Assembly (NCBI GenBank): GCA_963804955.1 | Contig: CAWDSQ010000026.1 | Coordinates: 96,001 to 160,000, forward strand | DNA length: 64,000 nucleotides | Source of the DNA: an uncultured delta proteobacterium | GTDB lineage: Bacteria > Desulfobacterota > WTBG01 > CAIYCZ01 > CAIRTM01 | Reading direction: 5' to 3' | Shown: positions 11,375 through 23,516 of the stretch, piece by piece | How the letters are laid out: each line of letters begins with the position of its first letter | Numbering within the stretch: the first letter of the stretch is position 1 | Made by a program: the position numbers and the translations under genes | Notes under the pieces: model-generated | Databases searched by the model: none | The model's input: the letters and a program-made list of their open reading frames with translations, nothing else | What the model was told of the DNA's origin: nothing

Positions 11375-12451
11375 CTACCTCAACTTCAATGTGCTCATCG
11401 CCAGCAGTGCGAATATGACCCCGACGATCCAGAACCGCACGATCACTTTTGACTCGGCCCAGCCCAGCAGCTCGAAATGGTGATGAATGGGCGCCATTTT
11501 AAATATCCTTTTCTTGCGCAATTTATAGGACCCCACCTGCAGAATCACCGACAGGGCCTCCACCACAAACACGCCGCCGACGACGGCAAGCAGCACTTCA
11601 TGCTTGGTGATGATGGCCACGGCGCCGAGAGAGCCGCCGAGTGCAAGGGAACCGACATCGCCCATAAATATCTGCGCCGGATGGCTGTTGTACCAGAGAA
11701 AGCCCATGCTGGCGCCAACCATGGCCCCGCAAAAAATCGTCAGCTCACCGGCGCCCCTGACTAAGGTGATCTTGAGATAGTCGGCAATGACTGCATTGCC
11801 GGTTATATAGGAAAAAATCATGTACGTTACCGATACGATAAGGACAAGCCCTATGGCAAGCCCGTCGAGGCCGTCGGTCAGGTTAACGGCATTGGAAGAC
11901 CCGACCAGAACAAAAATAATGAAAGGCCCGTACAGCAGCCCGAGATCGGGGAGCACCCGCTTGAAAAATGGAAGGCTCAAATGCGTATCGACGCCCGGCT
12001 GCATGCACAGATACGCTGCAACGGCTCCCGCCACGAGCAGCTGCAGGCCCGACTTCTGCCGCGCCGTTATGCCCTTTGAACTGCCGCCTGTTATCTTGCG
12101 CCAGTCATCCAGCAGGCCGATGGCCCCCATGCCGCCAAGCGTAGCCAGAACCACCCATATGTACTTGTTTGTCAGATCAGCCCATAAAAGTGTTGATATA
12201 ATAATGGCCGACAGCACAAGAATACCGCCCCCTGTGGGCGTTCCGCCCTTTTTAAGATGGGTTGACGGGCCGTCCTGCCGCACAACCTGCCCGAATTTGC
12301 GCTCCTGAAGCTTCCGGATAAGCCATGGCCCCACCACGAGCGTTATTAAAAGAGCGGTCATGGCCGCATAGATAGTCCGGAATGTAATGTAGCGGAAAAC
12401 GTTAAAAAACGTCACCACTTCATGCAGCGGATACAGCAGATGATACAGCAT
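11375..12451 (-). CDS. mraY: Phospho-MurNAc-pentapeptide transferase
   Basis: [39 protein letters not shown]. Confidence 0.99.
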   Translation of the reverse strand: MLYHLLYPLHEVVTFFNVFRYITFRTIYAAMTALLITLVVGPWLIRKLQERKFGQVVRQDGPSTHLKKGGTPTGGGILVLSAIIISTLLWADLTNKYIWVVLATLGGMGAIGLLDDWRKITGGSSKGITARQKSGLQLLVAGAVAAYLCMQPGVDTHLSLPFFKRVLPDLGLLYGPFIIFVLVGSSNAVNLTDGLDGLAIGLVLIVSVTYMIFSYITGNAVIADYLKITLVRGAGELTIFCGAMVGASMGFLWYNSHPAQIFMGDVGSLALGGSLGAVAIITKHEVLLAVVGGVFVVEALSVILQVGSYKLRKKRIFKMAPIHHHFELLGWAESKVIVRFWIVGVIFALLAMSTLKLR

Positions 12452-12463
12452 TGCACGGTTCCC

Positions 12464-13878
12464 TTATTTGAGTGACGGGCTCGCTTGCACGCCCTGCTCC
12501 ACATACTCGAGTATTTTCTCCATCTTCATGCGCCGTGACCCCTTGAGAAGTATGACGTCATCAGGAGCAATAAATTCTCTGAGCCGGCCGGCAAGAGATT
12601 CAAGCGTGTCGCATATCTGCAGCGCGCGCATGCTCATGCCTGACTCTGCGTGCGCCGTCACGGACGCTCACGGCAAAATCTCCCGTAACGAAAACATGGT
12701 CGATATGCAGCTGCGCAACCGCGCGGCCTACCTCGCGGTGATAAAGCAGCCGTACCCTCACCAAGCTCCAGCATGTCTCCGAGCACGGCAATGGTGCGCC
12801 GTTTCGGAGCAAAACCCGCAAGCGCGGCAAGCGCGGCTTTTGTCGAAACGGGATTGGCATTGTATGCGTCATTTATAAAGGTGCAGCCTGCTATGCGCAC
12901 GGTTTCCATCCTTCCGGGTACGCCCCTGAATGCTTCAAGGCCTGCCTGAATATCCTCAGGGCCGATGCCGAGGCCCGTAGCTATGCTCGCAGCGGCAAGG
13001 GCATTTATAACAAACTGCCCGCCCGGAACATGGAGCCGGACAGGCACTGTCCGGTCCATAACATGAAGGTCGAACTGCGTACCGAAGCAATCAGCATCCT
13101 GTATTGCCCCGGCATGCACCTGACCGTGCATGCTGCCGTAGAGCATCTGGCGCGCCTGCGTGTTCCTGCCCATGGCCGCTACGCGCTGGTCATCTGTGTT
13201 GATGATGGCCAGATCCTGCGGCCCGAGACAGGCAAACAGCTCTTCCTTGGCCGCAGCCACCCTTTCAAGGGTTTTAAGCTGCTCGAGATGCGAAGGCCCC
13301 ACATTGGTTATAATGCCTATGTCGGGATCGCAAATTCGGGAAAGCCGCGCTATCTCGCCGGGCTCGCTCATGCCAAGCTCGAGCACCGCGGCCTGATGTT
13401 TCCGGTCAAGCTGAAAGAGCGACAGCGGAAGCCCGATAAGATTGTTGAAATTGCCGGGGTTTTTCAGCGTCGGAAACACCCGCTCGACAATAAGGGCGGC
13501 CATCTCTTTGGTGCTTGTCTTGCCATTGCTGCCGGTAATGGCAACAACCTTCACATCAAAAAGGCTTCGCCAGAAAGCTGAAAGATCGCCGAGCGCGTGC
13601 AGCGGATCATCAACCTCTATAAGCGCAGAAGCCGGTGGCACTGCCGCAAGGGCCGCGCAGGCCGCATGCCCTTTTTTGACAAAACAGGCAGCGCCTGCGC
13701 CAAGAGCATCCGCAATATACTCATGCCCGTCGGCACGGCTGCCCGCAAGGGGAACAAACAAGCTGCCGGGCCCGGCCAGCCGCGAATCAATAATCACAGC
13801 GGTGACCGGCTGCTCGGCCCTTCCCTGAAGGAGCCTGCCCTGTGTTGCCGCAAGTATCTGCTGAAGTGTCAGTTCCAT
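12464..13878 (-). CDS. murF: UDP-MurNAc-tripeptide--D-Ala-D-Ala ligase (C-terminal indels)
   Basis: Start MELTLQQ at 13878; TGSNGKTSTKE, NFNNLIGLP, DAYNANP, LGDMLELG, LLKGSRRMKME. Confidence 0.96.
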
Positions 13879-13903
13879 ATCGTTCTCTCCGCGCCTCTCA
13901 GGC

Positions 13904-15397
13904 TCAGGCTCCGAGTATCCGGCGCGCTTCCTCGCGATCGTCAAAATGAAGCTTTGTGCTGCCGATCTGCTGATAGTCCTCATGGCCCTTGCCGGCAATA
14001 AGCACCACGTCGCCTGCGCGGGCCATGCCAAGAGCTTTTTCAATTGCCGCACGCCGGTCTGCAATGACGCAGTAGCCCCTGTCCGGCTGCACCGCTGAGT
14101 CAAAACGCTCAAGGCCCAGGGCTGCAATGCCCTGCTCGATCTGGCTGATAATGAAGCCTGGTTCCTCGCTGCGCGGATTATCGGATGTGACGATCACAAG
14201 CGTGCTCAGCCGGGCGGCCACGCTGCCCATGACCGGCCGCTTCTCCCGGTCACGGTCCCCGCCGCAGCCGAAAACGGTAATGATGCGTCCGGCGCCGGCG
14301 GCCCGCAGCGTTTCAAGCACATTTTCAAGGGCGTCGCCCGTATGGGCATAATCAACAAAAACCAGAAGTCCGCGGTTGTTTGCAATCCGCTCCATCCTTC
14401 CGGGGGCGCCGGGCATGGCTGCAATGCCTGTGCGTATTGCCCCGGCTGGTATTCCCATCGCCGATGCCGTTGCTACCGCGCCAAGGATATTGGCAAGATT
14501 ATACCTGCCTATCAGGCTGGATGTTATCTCTATGCTTCCCTGCGGCGTTGCAATCCCGGCGGTGATGCCGTCAAGCGTGACAGAGCTTTCATGCGCATGC
14601 ACATCACCCTGCGAAAAACCGAAGGTCAGAGCACTGCAGGGGGTAACCTTGCAAAGTTCAGGGCCCAGGGGATCATCGATATTGATGACGGCTCTCTTAT
14701 TGTGCTTGCATGATGCGGACAAAAGCTCTGTAAAGAGCATCTGCTTGCTGCGAAAATAGTCATCCATGGTCAGGTGATAATCAAGATGCTCGGGCGTGAG
14801 ATTGGTGAACAGGGCGGCATCGAAATGGCACTGCCCGGCGCGGCCCTGTTTCAGGCCGTGTGACGACACCTCCATAACCGCCGCATCAACTCCGTCTGCC
14901 GCCATCCGGGAAAAAATCCGCTGGAGCTCAAGCTGGTCCGGCGTGGTCCGCTCTGCGGCAATGCGGGTGCCGCCCCAGCGATAGGAAACCGTGCTCACAA
15001 GCCCCGTATTCAGGCCCGCCGCCTGAAAAACAGCTTCAAGCAGATATGCCGACGTGGTCTTGCCGTTGGTGCCCGTAATGCCAACCAGCTTCATTTTGCG
15101 TGTAGGCTCTCCGTAAAACCGTGCGGCAAGGCGTCCGAGCGCGATGCGGGCATCGGGAACGACGATATTGATAATTCCCGGCTTCTCATACGGCTTTTCC
15201 GTAATAAAAACCCGGGCGCCCGAGCTCCAGGCCTCATCCAGCCAGGCATAACCGTCGGTTTTCGTGCCCGATAAAGCGACAAAAAGGCTTTCAGAGAAAG
15301 CCTTTCCGGAATGGGTCACAATAGCGGCTATATCGGCGTCCCGATCACCGCTGCACTGAAACTGATCTAAAGCTGTAATTAGTTCTTTAAGCTTCAT
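13904..15397 (-). CDS. murE: UDP-MurNAc-L-Ala-D-Glu--meso-DAP ligase
   Basis: TGTNGKTT, MEVSSHG, DYAHT, CGGDRD, DNPR (DAP-type motif), AGKGHE. Confidence 0.98.
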   Translation of the reverse strand: MKLKELITALDQFQCSGDRDADIAAIVTHSGKAFSESLFVALSGTKTDGYAWLDEAWSSGARVFITEKPYEKPGIINIVVPDARIALGRLAARFYGEPTRKMKLVGITGTNGKTTSAYLLEAVFQAAGLNTGLVSTVSYRWGGTRIAAERTTPDQLELQRIFSRMAADGVDAAVMEVSSHGLKQGRAGQCHFDAALFTNLTPEHLDYHLTMDDYFRSKQMLFTELLSASCKHNKRAVINIDDPLGPELCKVTPCSALTFGFSQGDVHAHESSVTLDGITAGIATPQGSIEITSSLIGRYNLANILGAVATASAMGIPAGAIRTGIAAMPGAPGRMERIANNRGLLVFVDYAHTGDALENVLETLRAAGAGRIITVFGCGGDRDREKRPVMGSVAARLSTLVIVTSDNPRSEEPGFIISQIEQGIAALGLERFDSAVQPDRGYCVIADRRAAIEKALGMARAGDVVLIAGKGHEDYQQIGSTKLHFDDREEARRILGA

Positions 15398-17160
15398 CAA
15401 GCTTTGCCAGTTTGATAGGTTCTGTTCGAATCTCCTTGAGCAGGTCCGGGTCCTGAACCGGCGCAGGTTCAGGCGGCACATGAAGATAATTAAGCATGGC
15501 ATTTGCCATACGGCTGAATGCCGGGGCTGCAATCTCCCCGCCGTATTTCATGCGCTGCGGTTCATCGACGAGCACGATGATGGCAAGCCGCGGATCATCG
15601 GCAGGCACGAATCCCGCAAATGAGGCTATGATTTTTGAATGCGAATACCCGCCCTGATCTATTTTCTGGGAGGTGCCGGTCTTGCCTGCAACGCTGTAGC
15701 CCTCAACCGCTGCCTTTGTGCCCGTACCACCCGGCGCAACAACCTGCTTGAGCATGTCGCGCATGATGCCGGCCGTCTTCTCTGAAATGACCCGGCGCTT
15801 CATGACAGGCGTGTTCTGCTTGACAACAGCGCCGGCGCCATCAACAATGCGCTTGACTATCTGGGGCTGCATAAGCATGCCGCCGTTTGCAATGGCGCTG
15901 TAGGCTGTCACCATCTGCAGGGGCGTTACGGTTATGCTTTGCCCGAATGAGATCGCGCTCTGCGTATGCTCGGAACAATTTTTCAGCGACGGCATGAACC
16001 CGCTCTGCTCCGCCGGCAGGCTGATGCCGGTTTCAGCCGTAAAGCCAAACCTGCGGATATACTGATACATCTGCTCTTTGCCGAGCTGTTTGCCGATTTT
16101 GCTTACGCCGATATTGCTGGAGCGCTTGATGATGCTTGCAACATCAAGCCAGCCGTAGGCATGCACATCGTGGATCACGCGTCTGGCCACGCGATACGAA
16201 CCGTTCTCGCAAAAAAACATGTCCGAGGGCTTGACGATGCCCTCTTCCAGCGCCGATGCGACAAGAAATGTTTTAAATGTCGAACCGGGCTCATAAATAT
16301 CTGACACAGCCCGGTTGCGCCATGATTCGCGCGCCGATTCGGAATATTGATTCGGATTGAACAGCGGGCATACGGCCGATGCCAGAATTTCGCCCGTCCA
16401 CGGGTCCATAACGATTGCTGTTCCGCCTTTTGCCTCTGACAGCGATACGGCGGCCTGCAGCTCTTTTTCGGCGATATGCTGGATATTTTTATCAATAGAT
16501 AGAAGCAGGTCATTGCCCTGCCGGCTCTGATCCGACGGCTGGAGCCCCTCAACAAAAACATGCCTGCCCTTTGCGTCACGGTCGGCAAACAGCTTGCGGG
16601 ATTTTCCTTTGATGATGCGGTCATACTGGCGCTCAATTCCTTCAAGGCCCTGCGAATCGACTCCGACAAACCCGAGCACCTGTGCAGCAAGCTCCTTCTG
16701 CGGATAGAACCGCTGGCTTTCCTTGAGAAAGCCGACGCCATCAATCTTCAGGGCCCTGATCTTATCTGCCTGCGTCGGCGTCACCTTGCGCTGAAGCCAG
16801 ACAAACGGCTTCGGGCTGACAAGATTACGGTAGACTGCCTTGGCCGGCAGCTCAAGAATCGGCGCAATCAGCTTTGCCGCACCCTTTGGGTCGCTCACAA
16901 GAGCCGGGCCGGGCGTACAGCGACTCGACATCAAGGCTGGCCGCCAGTTCCGCACCGTTTCTGTCATACACGGTTCCGCGGTACGGCATGAGTTCGACGC
17001 TGGTCATGTACTGGCTCTGAATAATCCCGGTCAGCTCGCCGGACTTCAGCACCTGGAGAAAATACGCGCGCAGGGCGGTCACGGCAAACAGCACCATAAA
17101 GCCCATGGCTATAAAGCGTATGTTTTTCGCTAGCTCGTTTCGTGATTTCATTTTTACCAT
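15387..17160 (-). CDS. ftsI: Penicillin-binding protein 3 / FtsI (N-terminal indels)
   Basis: TM segment and RGTVYDRNG in 16852 frame; EPGSTFK (SxxK), SSN, KTGT in main ORF. Confidence 0.95.
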
Positions 17161-17510
17161 GGCACGATCACCACCTGTGTTTTTCTGGGCAGGGTCATGC
17201 CCAGCTGGTTGACGTGCTATCGTCTCAAGGCGCGATGACGATTTGAGGGCCGCCCGCTCGACTTTCAGCTTTTTATTCTCCTGAACGAGCTCCTCATGCA
17301 CTTTATGATCATCAGAAATACGATATCCGATTTCCAGCGAATAAATCCGCACCCAGAGAAATATGAAAAAAGCCAGCATGATTACTGCGCACATGCAGAT
17401 AATGCAGGCCATATCCATGCGGGAAACATCAGTGTCACCGCCGCACATGCTGACGGGCAAGAACATTTGTGTGAATGAATTTTTCAGCCGAATGCCATAA
17501 AATTCTGCAT
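17154..17510 (-). CDS. ftsL: Cell division protein FtsL (split by indels)
   Basis: TM helix followed by coiled coil ENKKLKVERAALKSSSRLETIARQ(Q)LGM; located between rsmH and ftsI. Confidence 0.8.
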
Positions 17511-17512
17511 AG

Positions 17513-18453
17513 TCAGTGCAGCCTTTCCGCGACTCGAAGCCGCGCGCTGCGCGAGCTCGGGTTGAGCCTTACTTCTTCATCCGCCGCATACACCGGCTTG
17601 CGGGTAAGCACCTTAAGCCGCTGCGTGCCGCCGCAGACACAAACAGGAAGGCCCGCGGGACAGCTGCATTTTTTCTCCCAGTCCCGGAATCTGTTTTTTA
17701 CGATGCGGTCTTCGAGGGAATGAAACGAAATGGCCAGCAGGCGCCCGCCGGGGGTGAGCAGCTCCATTGCCTGATCAAGCCCTTCCTTGATCGCCTCAAG
17801 CTCATCATTGACAGCGATGCGGAGCGCCTGAAACGTACGGGTGGCCGGATGCAGTCTGTCGGGGTGGAACCTCACCGGAATCGCCCGAAAAACAGCGTCG
17901 GCAAGACCGGCCGTTGACAGATGGTCATTGCGGGCTACAGCATCTTTAACAGCACTGGCGATCCGCCGGGCGAAGCGCTCTTCTCCATAGACACGGATAA
18001 TGTCTTCGAGCTCCTGCGCAGACAGCCTCTTCACAAGATCCAGTGCCGTCTGCGGCATGCTTGTGTCCATTCTCATATCCAGTGCTCCATCGTTTGAAAA
18101 ACCGAACCCCCGTTGCGGGTCTTTCAGCTGCGGCGTTGAAACGCCGAAATCAAACACGATGCCACCGATTGCTGCAATGCCTTCCTGCGAAAGAAGCCCG
18201 CAAGATGCCTGAAGTTTCCGTGCAGGAGTGTAACTTTTTTTTCAAAGGGCTCAAGCGTTACGCGCGCCCGCTCAAGTGCATCCTGATCACAATCAATGCC
18301 GATCAGTCGCCGTATGCCCTCATAGCGCTCAAGAAGCCCCCGGCTGTGGCCGCCGCTGCCGAGTGTGGCATCCACGAATACTTCACCATCTCGACAGCAG
18401 GCATACTCCAGTATTTCCTCATAAAGAACAGGGACATGCCTTGCAGCCATCAT
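17513..18453 (-). CDS. rsmH: 16S rRNA C1402 methyltransferase (one indel)
   Basis: HVPVL, DATLGSGGHS, GVSTPQL, LDMRMD, HPATRTFQALRIAVN, FHSLEDR. Confidence 0.97.
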
Positions 18454-18455
18454 GG

Positions 18456-18890
18456 TTACACGCCCAGATCATGTCTGAGCGAAAGAATTTCTTCAGTGCT
18501 GATCTCCGGATTTTCTTTATCATAGCGGCTGCTGTCCCATATCTCAAAATGATTGATCAGACCGATGATGGCTGCATCTTTTTCAAGTCCGGCATACTTC
18601 CGGAGACTCTGAGGCACAAGAATCCGGCCCTGCTTATCAAGAGGGCATTCCTGCACTCCGCCGAGGAAAAAACGCTTAAACCAGCGCTCATCATTTGTAC
18701 GCAGAGACCTTGACTGTATCTTTTGTTCGATTTCCAACCAGTCCGTGGTAGGATATGCTCTCAGACAGTTATCAATATTGGTAAGCCAGAGGGTTGTTTC
18801 GTCCTTTTTGGCAAGATATTCCCGAAATTTCACGGGCAGCATGATTCGACCCTTGTCATCGATAGCAATATCGTTGCGCCCCCTGAACAT
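18456..18890 (-). CDS. mraZ: Transcriptional regulator MraZ
   Basis: MFRG..IDDKGRIMLP and second repeat LDKQGRILVP..HFEIW. Confidence 0.97.
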   Translation of the reverse strand: MFRGRNDIAIDDKGRIMLPVKFREYLAKKDETTLWLTNIDNCLRAYPTTDWLEIEQKIQSRSLRTNDERWFKRFFLGGVQECPLDKQGRILVPQSLRKYAGLEKDAAIIGLINHFEIWDSSRYDKENPEISTEEILSLRHDLGV

Positions 18891-18930
18891 TGAAAAGCCT
18901 CGCTAGATAGTGTAAATATAGGATTGAAAA

Positions 18931-18992
18931 ACCAATTTTTACCACTTTCTACCACTTAAGTGAAGATATAGACTCCAGGAGATTCATTGTCA
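18931..18992 (-). promoter_or_regulatory. dcw promoter (TTGACA-17-TATATC) followed by three MraZ-type repeats with 10-bp period
   Basis: Minus strand TTGACAatgaatctcctggagtcTATATC..AAGTGGTAGAAAGTGGTAAAAAATTGGT; GTGG-type repeats are the established MraZ operator pattern. Confidence 0.75.
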
Positions 18993-19053
18993 AGAAAAAA
19001 AAAGAAAAAAATGAAGCTTTTTCAATTGCTTCGAGAGGATAAAAAAACAGTAA

Positions 19054-19101
19054 CCACAAAATATGGGATAATAAACCCTTAAGCCAATCAACATATTGTG
19101 G
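19054..19101. promoter_or_regulatory. Two tandem NrdR-box-like palindromes
   Basis: CCACAAAATATGGGAT (19054) and AATCAACATATTGTGG (19086), 32 bp apart; resemble acaCwAtATaTwGtgt. Confidence 0.55.
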
Positions 19102-19327
19102 TTTTTGAATTAAAAACATATTAAAAATAATGTTGGATTTTCTTAATTTTTTTATTTAATCCACATAGATACATGTATTTTAAAAATCAGACGAAGCGGA
19201 AAAAATACGAATTTCCGCCAAAACAGCAGGTTGTTTTTGATGAACTTTGCGGATAAAGGCCTTGCAACATTTTCAGTGAAGTTATAATCTTGAATGCGGT
19301 TTTGTACATACATGCATCCAGGCTCAT

Positions 19328-20360
19328 ATGCGGACAATCAAATTCCCCTGTAAAATCAATATGATCATGCTGCTTATGCTCTCTTTCTGGGGAGCAGTTC
19401 CGGCAGGCCCCTGCCATGCCGGGCAGCAGTCATTCACCGTTCAGGTTATGTCCGGCTCCGATAAAGAGGCGGCTTCACGGTTTGCCGAAGAACTGACACG
19501 CAAGGGATTTGATGCCTACTTTTGCTGAACTTCCGGGAAAAGAAAAGCCTGTTTACAAGGTTCGTGTGGGCAATTTTACACAAAAAAAAGATGCGGCACA
19601 GCTTTATGAAGCCTTGCGGAAGCAGGGCATTGAAGGCTGGATAACGCAGGTTCTTGAGCAGCCTGCGCAGGAACACGATGCGGAAAAGACCCCGCCGGTA
19701 CAGCCACAGCCCCCTGAGGCTGCAGCAGAGCAGCAAGCTCAGGCTGAATCCGCCCCTGCTGCAGAAGAGAAGCCTTTTGTTCTGATCATACACCCTGTTC
19801 CGGCATTTGCAGAAGAGGAAACAGCAGCCTCAGCTTCTGTAAAAAAGGCTGATCAACCGGTTTTTCAACCCGCAAAAACCTATAAATATTTCAACCCCGG
19901 GGACAACACCATCCATATAACCACAAGCATTGAAACAGTCCCCGTGAACTACCGCAGACACATATGGGAAATCGCCATATACCCCGTTTATTTTAAAAGC
20001 CTCAACCTGCGGGACATAAGCATGAAGCTGGACATTGAAAGCGCAAACAGGGATGTGCTTCTTGAAGGCATCACCCAACCGGTTCAGGCGCCCTCGGTCC
20101 AGGCAATCCGCGATTTTGAAGCAGCACTTGAGTCAGCACCGCTGCGCGTCAAATATTATCCGCAGCGCACCGATCCTGACGGCACGCTGCACGGCAGCCT
20201 TTTCTTCAGAGACGGAGCATCCGTTGAAAGCGACATGGTCCGGAGAGCGCTGGCCGCATGTCCGGACGACAGTCTTCCGTGGTTTCAGCATAAAGCCTGC
20301 TCTGATACTTCCGGCGGGACACCAGGGCAAACACGCCCGTCTGCGGAACCAAAACAGTAA
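19328..20360 (+). CDS. Exported SPOR-domain protein with Pro/Ala/Glu linker and C-terminal degenerate SNase-like domain (indel near 19522)
   Basis: Signal peptide; FTVQVMS...YKVRVGNF (SPOR); C-terminal VLLEGITQP...RTDPDGTLHGSLF...SVESDMVRRALA. Confidence 0.7.
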
Positions 20361-20629
20361 AGACCTCCATCACGCGGAGTGATGCCCCGGTCAGGCTGCG
20401 CGCGCACTGGCCGTTCCCTGCACATAAAACATGCGGCAGGGAATATGCTGCAGCGCCGTGAGCTGTGACTTGTGCATGCAAGAGAGCAATGAAGCAGCTA
20501 TCCTGCTCTGCCGCTGCAGTGAAACTGTTTATAAAAAACTTTTTTTATGTTATGAAATGCCGATGAACACTATGCATGTTCGGCTCACAGCTCACGGGCC
20601 TTTTTGACAAACGAGGAGAAAAGTATTAC

Positions 20630-22361
20630 ATGAAAAAAATCGGATTCGGAACACGTCCATCTGAAGTAAAAAATCGGGGCAAAAACATAGATTTCGGAGA
20701 CGCTCCAAGGGATGAACGGCCTGGCGGCTACGGCGGACGGATCTATACGCCCAGGAAGCCGCCCGGAAAAGCCAGGTCAACACTGACCTTCGGCAAAATA
20801 CTGCTCCTGGCCGTTGCCTCCATGGTAATCGGCATACTCATAGGCGGCTTTCTTCTTTTTGACTTTTCATTCGACCTTGCCGTCGACAGCATGCAGATCA
20901 TAACCGCAGGCGGCGAGACAGAGGTTAAAAACGGCAGCGCCGTCACCATTAAATACGCTGATGGGCTGAAATTAAAATCAATCCTCTACAAGGGCTTTTA
21001 CCGATTTCTGCCCCCGAAAGACGTTCAGGTGTCGGTTGCCGGCATAAAGGATACGACCAATCGTTTTCTTGATGACCTGATCCCGCTTTTAAAACCCGAA
21101 GAGCGCATGAGCTATGACATCGTATTCACACGGGGCGGCACCGATCTGGGTAAAATCACCCTGAACCTTGACATGGGAGCCCAGGACTGGATACTGCGCG
21201 CCGATTCCCTTGAAAACAAGCGGCTGCAGGCCGAGTGCTATAAAAAAGCAGTGGCGCTCAATCCCGACTCGGACGATGCTCATAATGCATTGGGCAAGCT
21301 CTACGAGTCCGAACAGAAATTCAAGCAGGCCATACCTGAATATGAAGCAGTCCTGCGCATCAAGCCGGATAATATGCAGGCCATGCGTCAGCCTGCTCAG
21401 CCTGTACAAGAAAACCGGCATGGAGGATAAAACGCTCGACATGTATCAAAAGCTGGCCAAGGCCGATCCCAAACGGGCCGACGACTACATATCCCGGGCC
21501 GGGGCCATTGCCGAAAAACAGGGCTCGGATGAAAAAGCCCTCGCGATCTATCAGAATCTGCTCGATAAAAACTCCGGCAATATTGATGCCCGGCAGAAAA
21601 TCATCAAGCTTTACGAAAAAAACAAAAAGTGGGACAAGGTGATCGAGCATGTCAAAGTGCTGCTCGATCTCGATTCGAAAAACGCCGACCTGTATCTGTA
21701 TCTTTCCGATATCTGTTATAAAAAAAATGATTTCAACGGTGCGCTTGCGGCTGCTGAAAAAGCGCAGAAGCTGCGGCCCAATGACTCATCCGTCTTTGTG
21801 CAGCTTGCCGTACTGTCTGAAAAAGCCAAAAAAAACGATCAGGCAATTGACTATTATCAAAAGGCTGTGAAAACAAATCCAAAAAAAAATCCGACTTTAT
21901 ACAATAATCTCGGCATGCTTCTGGAAAAAAAAGGAGCCAGAAAAGAGGCCATACAGAACTATGAAATGGCTGCTGCGCTTGATTCAAAAAATATAGCATT
22001 TGCAAAGAATCTGGCTGATGCCTATGAGAAAGAGCAGCAGTGGAAAAAAGCGGCTGAGATCTATGAACGGATAGCCGTGCTTGGCAAGGGCGGCAAGGAT
22101 TCGCTCGAGGCGACAGCGGTGCTCTGGTACAAAGCGGGCGACAAGGAGAAATCACTCGGCGCATATAAAAAACTTGTGGCTGCAGAGCCGAAAAAAATGC
22201 TGTGGCATCAGAAGCTCGCCTATCTCTATGAGGAAGTAAACAGAATCGATGATGCCATGGGCGAGTATAAAGCCATTCTTGCGCTCGATCCGGCAAATGC
22301 CGAGGCCAAACAGAAGCGTGTCGAGCTGGCAAAGCGGAAGATAAAAAGCAAGGGGAAATAG
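20630..22361 (+). CDS. Membrane-anchored TPR-repeat protein (indel near 21385)
   Basis: One TM helix, then many TPR-like repeats (YKKAVALNPDSDDAHNALG, LYNNLGMLL, A..YK..LALDP.N). Confidence 0.85.
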
Positions 22362-22388
22362 CATCGGCACAGAAGCCGGCGGGGTGGA

Positions 22389-23234
22389 CTACGAGGAGCC
22401 GCTTTTTTCCAAAAAACTCACCACGGCATCTATGGTCGCCTGGGGCGTTGAGGCGCCGGCGGTGATACAGACGGTTGCGGCGCCTTCAAACCATGCCAGA
22501 TCAATATTATCTTTTGACTGAATCCAGTAGCTGCGCGGATTCAATTCACGGGCTATTTCATACAACCGCCTGGTATTGGCGCTTGACCGTGAGCCGATCA
22601 CCAGCACAACATCACATCCTTTGGGCAGCGTTTTTATTTCCTGCTGCCGGGTAGTCGTTGCTTTGCAAATGGTATTGCAGACCTCGAACTCTTTAAAATG
22701 AGGCTGCAGCGCATCGACGATGGCCGCCACGTTTTCCGCCTTCTGCGTAGACTGCACGACCACGCCTGCCCGTTCAACACCCTTTAAATCTTCCCAGGGG
22801 ATATGCTCTACCGAATCAATAATAGTGACGGGCACGTCAATCTGCCCCCGTATACCCTGCACCTCTTCATGATCACCGTCGCCGATGATGACAACTTGTA
22901 AGCCCCGCTTGTGAAAATCATCAACGATTGTATGAATCTCCTTGACCATGGGGCATGTGGCATCAACGATACTATAGCCGCGCCGCTGCGCATCCTCGAC
23001 TATTTGCTTTGCTGCGCCATGGGCTCGAATAAGCAGCGTCTTGCCCCTGCCGTCGCCAAGTGTATCCACCTTTCTGACGCCCGCGGCCTCTACCTGGCGC
23101 ACAACCTCATCGTTGTGAACAATATCACCCAGCATTTCCACCCTGATGCCCTGCCGGGCCGTGTCGAGGGCCGTTTTAATAGCCCGCCGCACGCCGAAAC
23201 AAAAACCCGCTGACGGTGCAACTGTAATTTTCAT
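22389..23234 (-). CDS. ispH: 4-hydroxy-3-methylbut-2-enyl diphosphate reductase
   Basis: AGFCFGV, IVHN, RAHG, DATCP, TICKAT..RQ, SSANT, TAGASTP. Confidence 0.96.
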   Translation of the reverse strand: MKITVAPSAGFCFGVRRAIKTALDTARQGIRVEMLGDIVHNDEVVRQVEAAGVRKVDTLGDGRGKTLLIRAHGAAKQIVEDAQRRGYSIVDATCPMVKEIHTIVDDFHKRGLQVVIIGDGDHEEVQGIRGQIDVPVTIIDSVEHIPWEDLKGVERAGVVVQSTQKAENVAAIVDALQPHFKEFEVCNTICKATTTRQQEIKTLPKGCDVVLVIGSRSSANTRRLYEIARELNPRSYWIQSKDNIDLAWFEGAATVCITAGASTPQATIDAVVSFLEKSGSS

Positions 23235-23434
23235 GGAATGAATCCTTGAGTATATCCTTTTATAATTCCGCTTGTACTGCCATTCCAGCAGCTACATGTT
23301 CCCTGCAGGTTGAACATATGTCAGCTTATAACCCAGACAACACACCAGCACAAGAGCCCTTTAGCGCACATGCATGTACTGTTTAAAAAAATATATAGAG
23401 AAGCCGTAATCCTTTTTTAGCGAGACTCAAAAGA

Positions 23435-23466
23435 AAAGGCCCGATGCAGAGAGCATCGGGCCTTTT
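23435..23466. terminator. Intrinsic terminator (bidirectional-type)
   Basis: AAAAGGCCCGATGC-agaga-GCATCGGGCCTTTT downstream of the cytochrome gene. Confidence 0.85.
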
Positions 23467-23516
23467 GCAGAAAGCGATTGACTGCTGGTGCAGTCAACAT
23501 CAGGTTACAGGATGGC

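Noticed and set aside
4367..18453. Pseudogenisation or programmed frameshifting of dcw genes
   Set aside because: Essential genes with intact motifs and scattered 1-nt indels but no nonsense substitutions or consistent slippery sites; sequencing error is more parsimonious.
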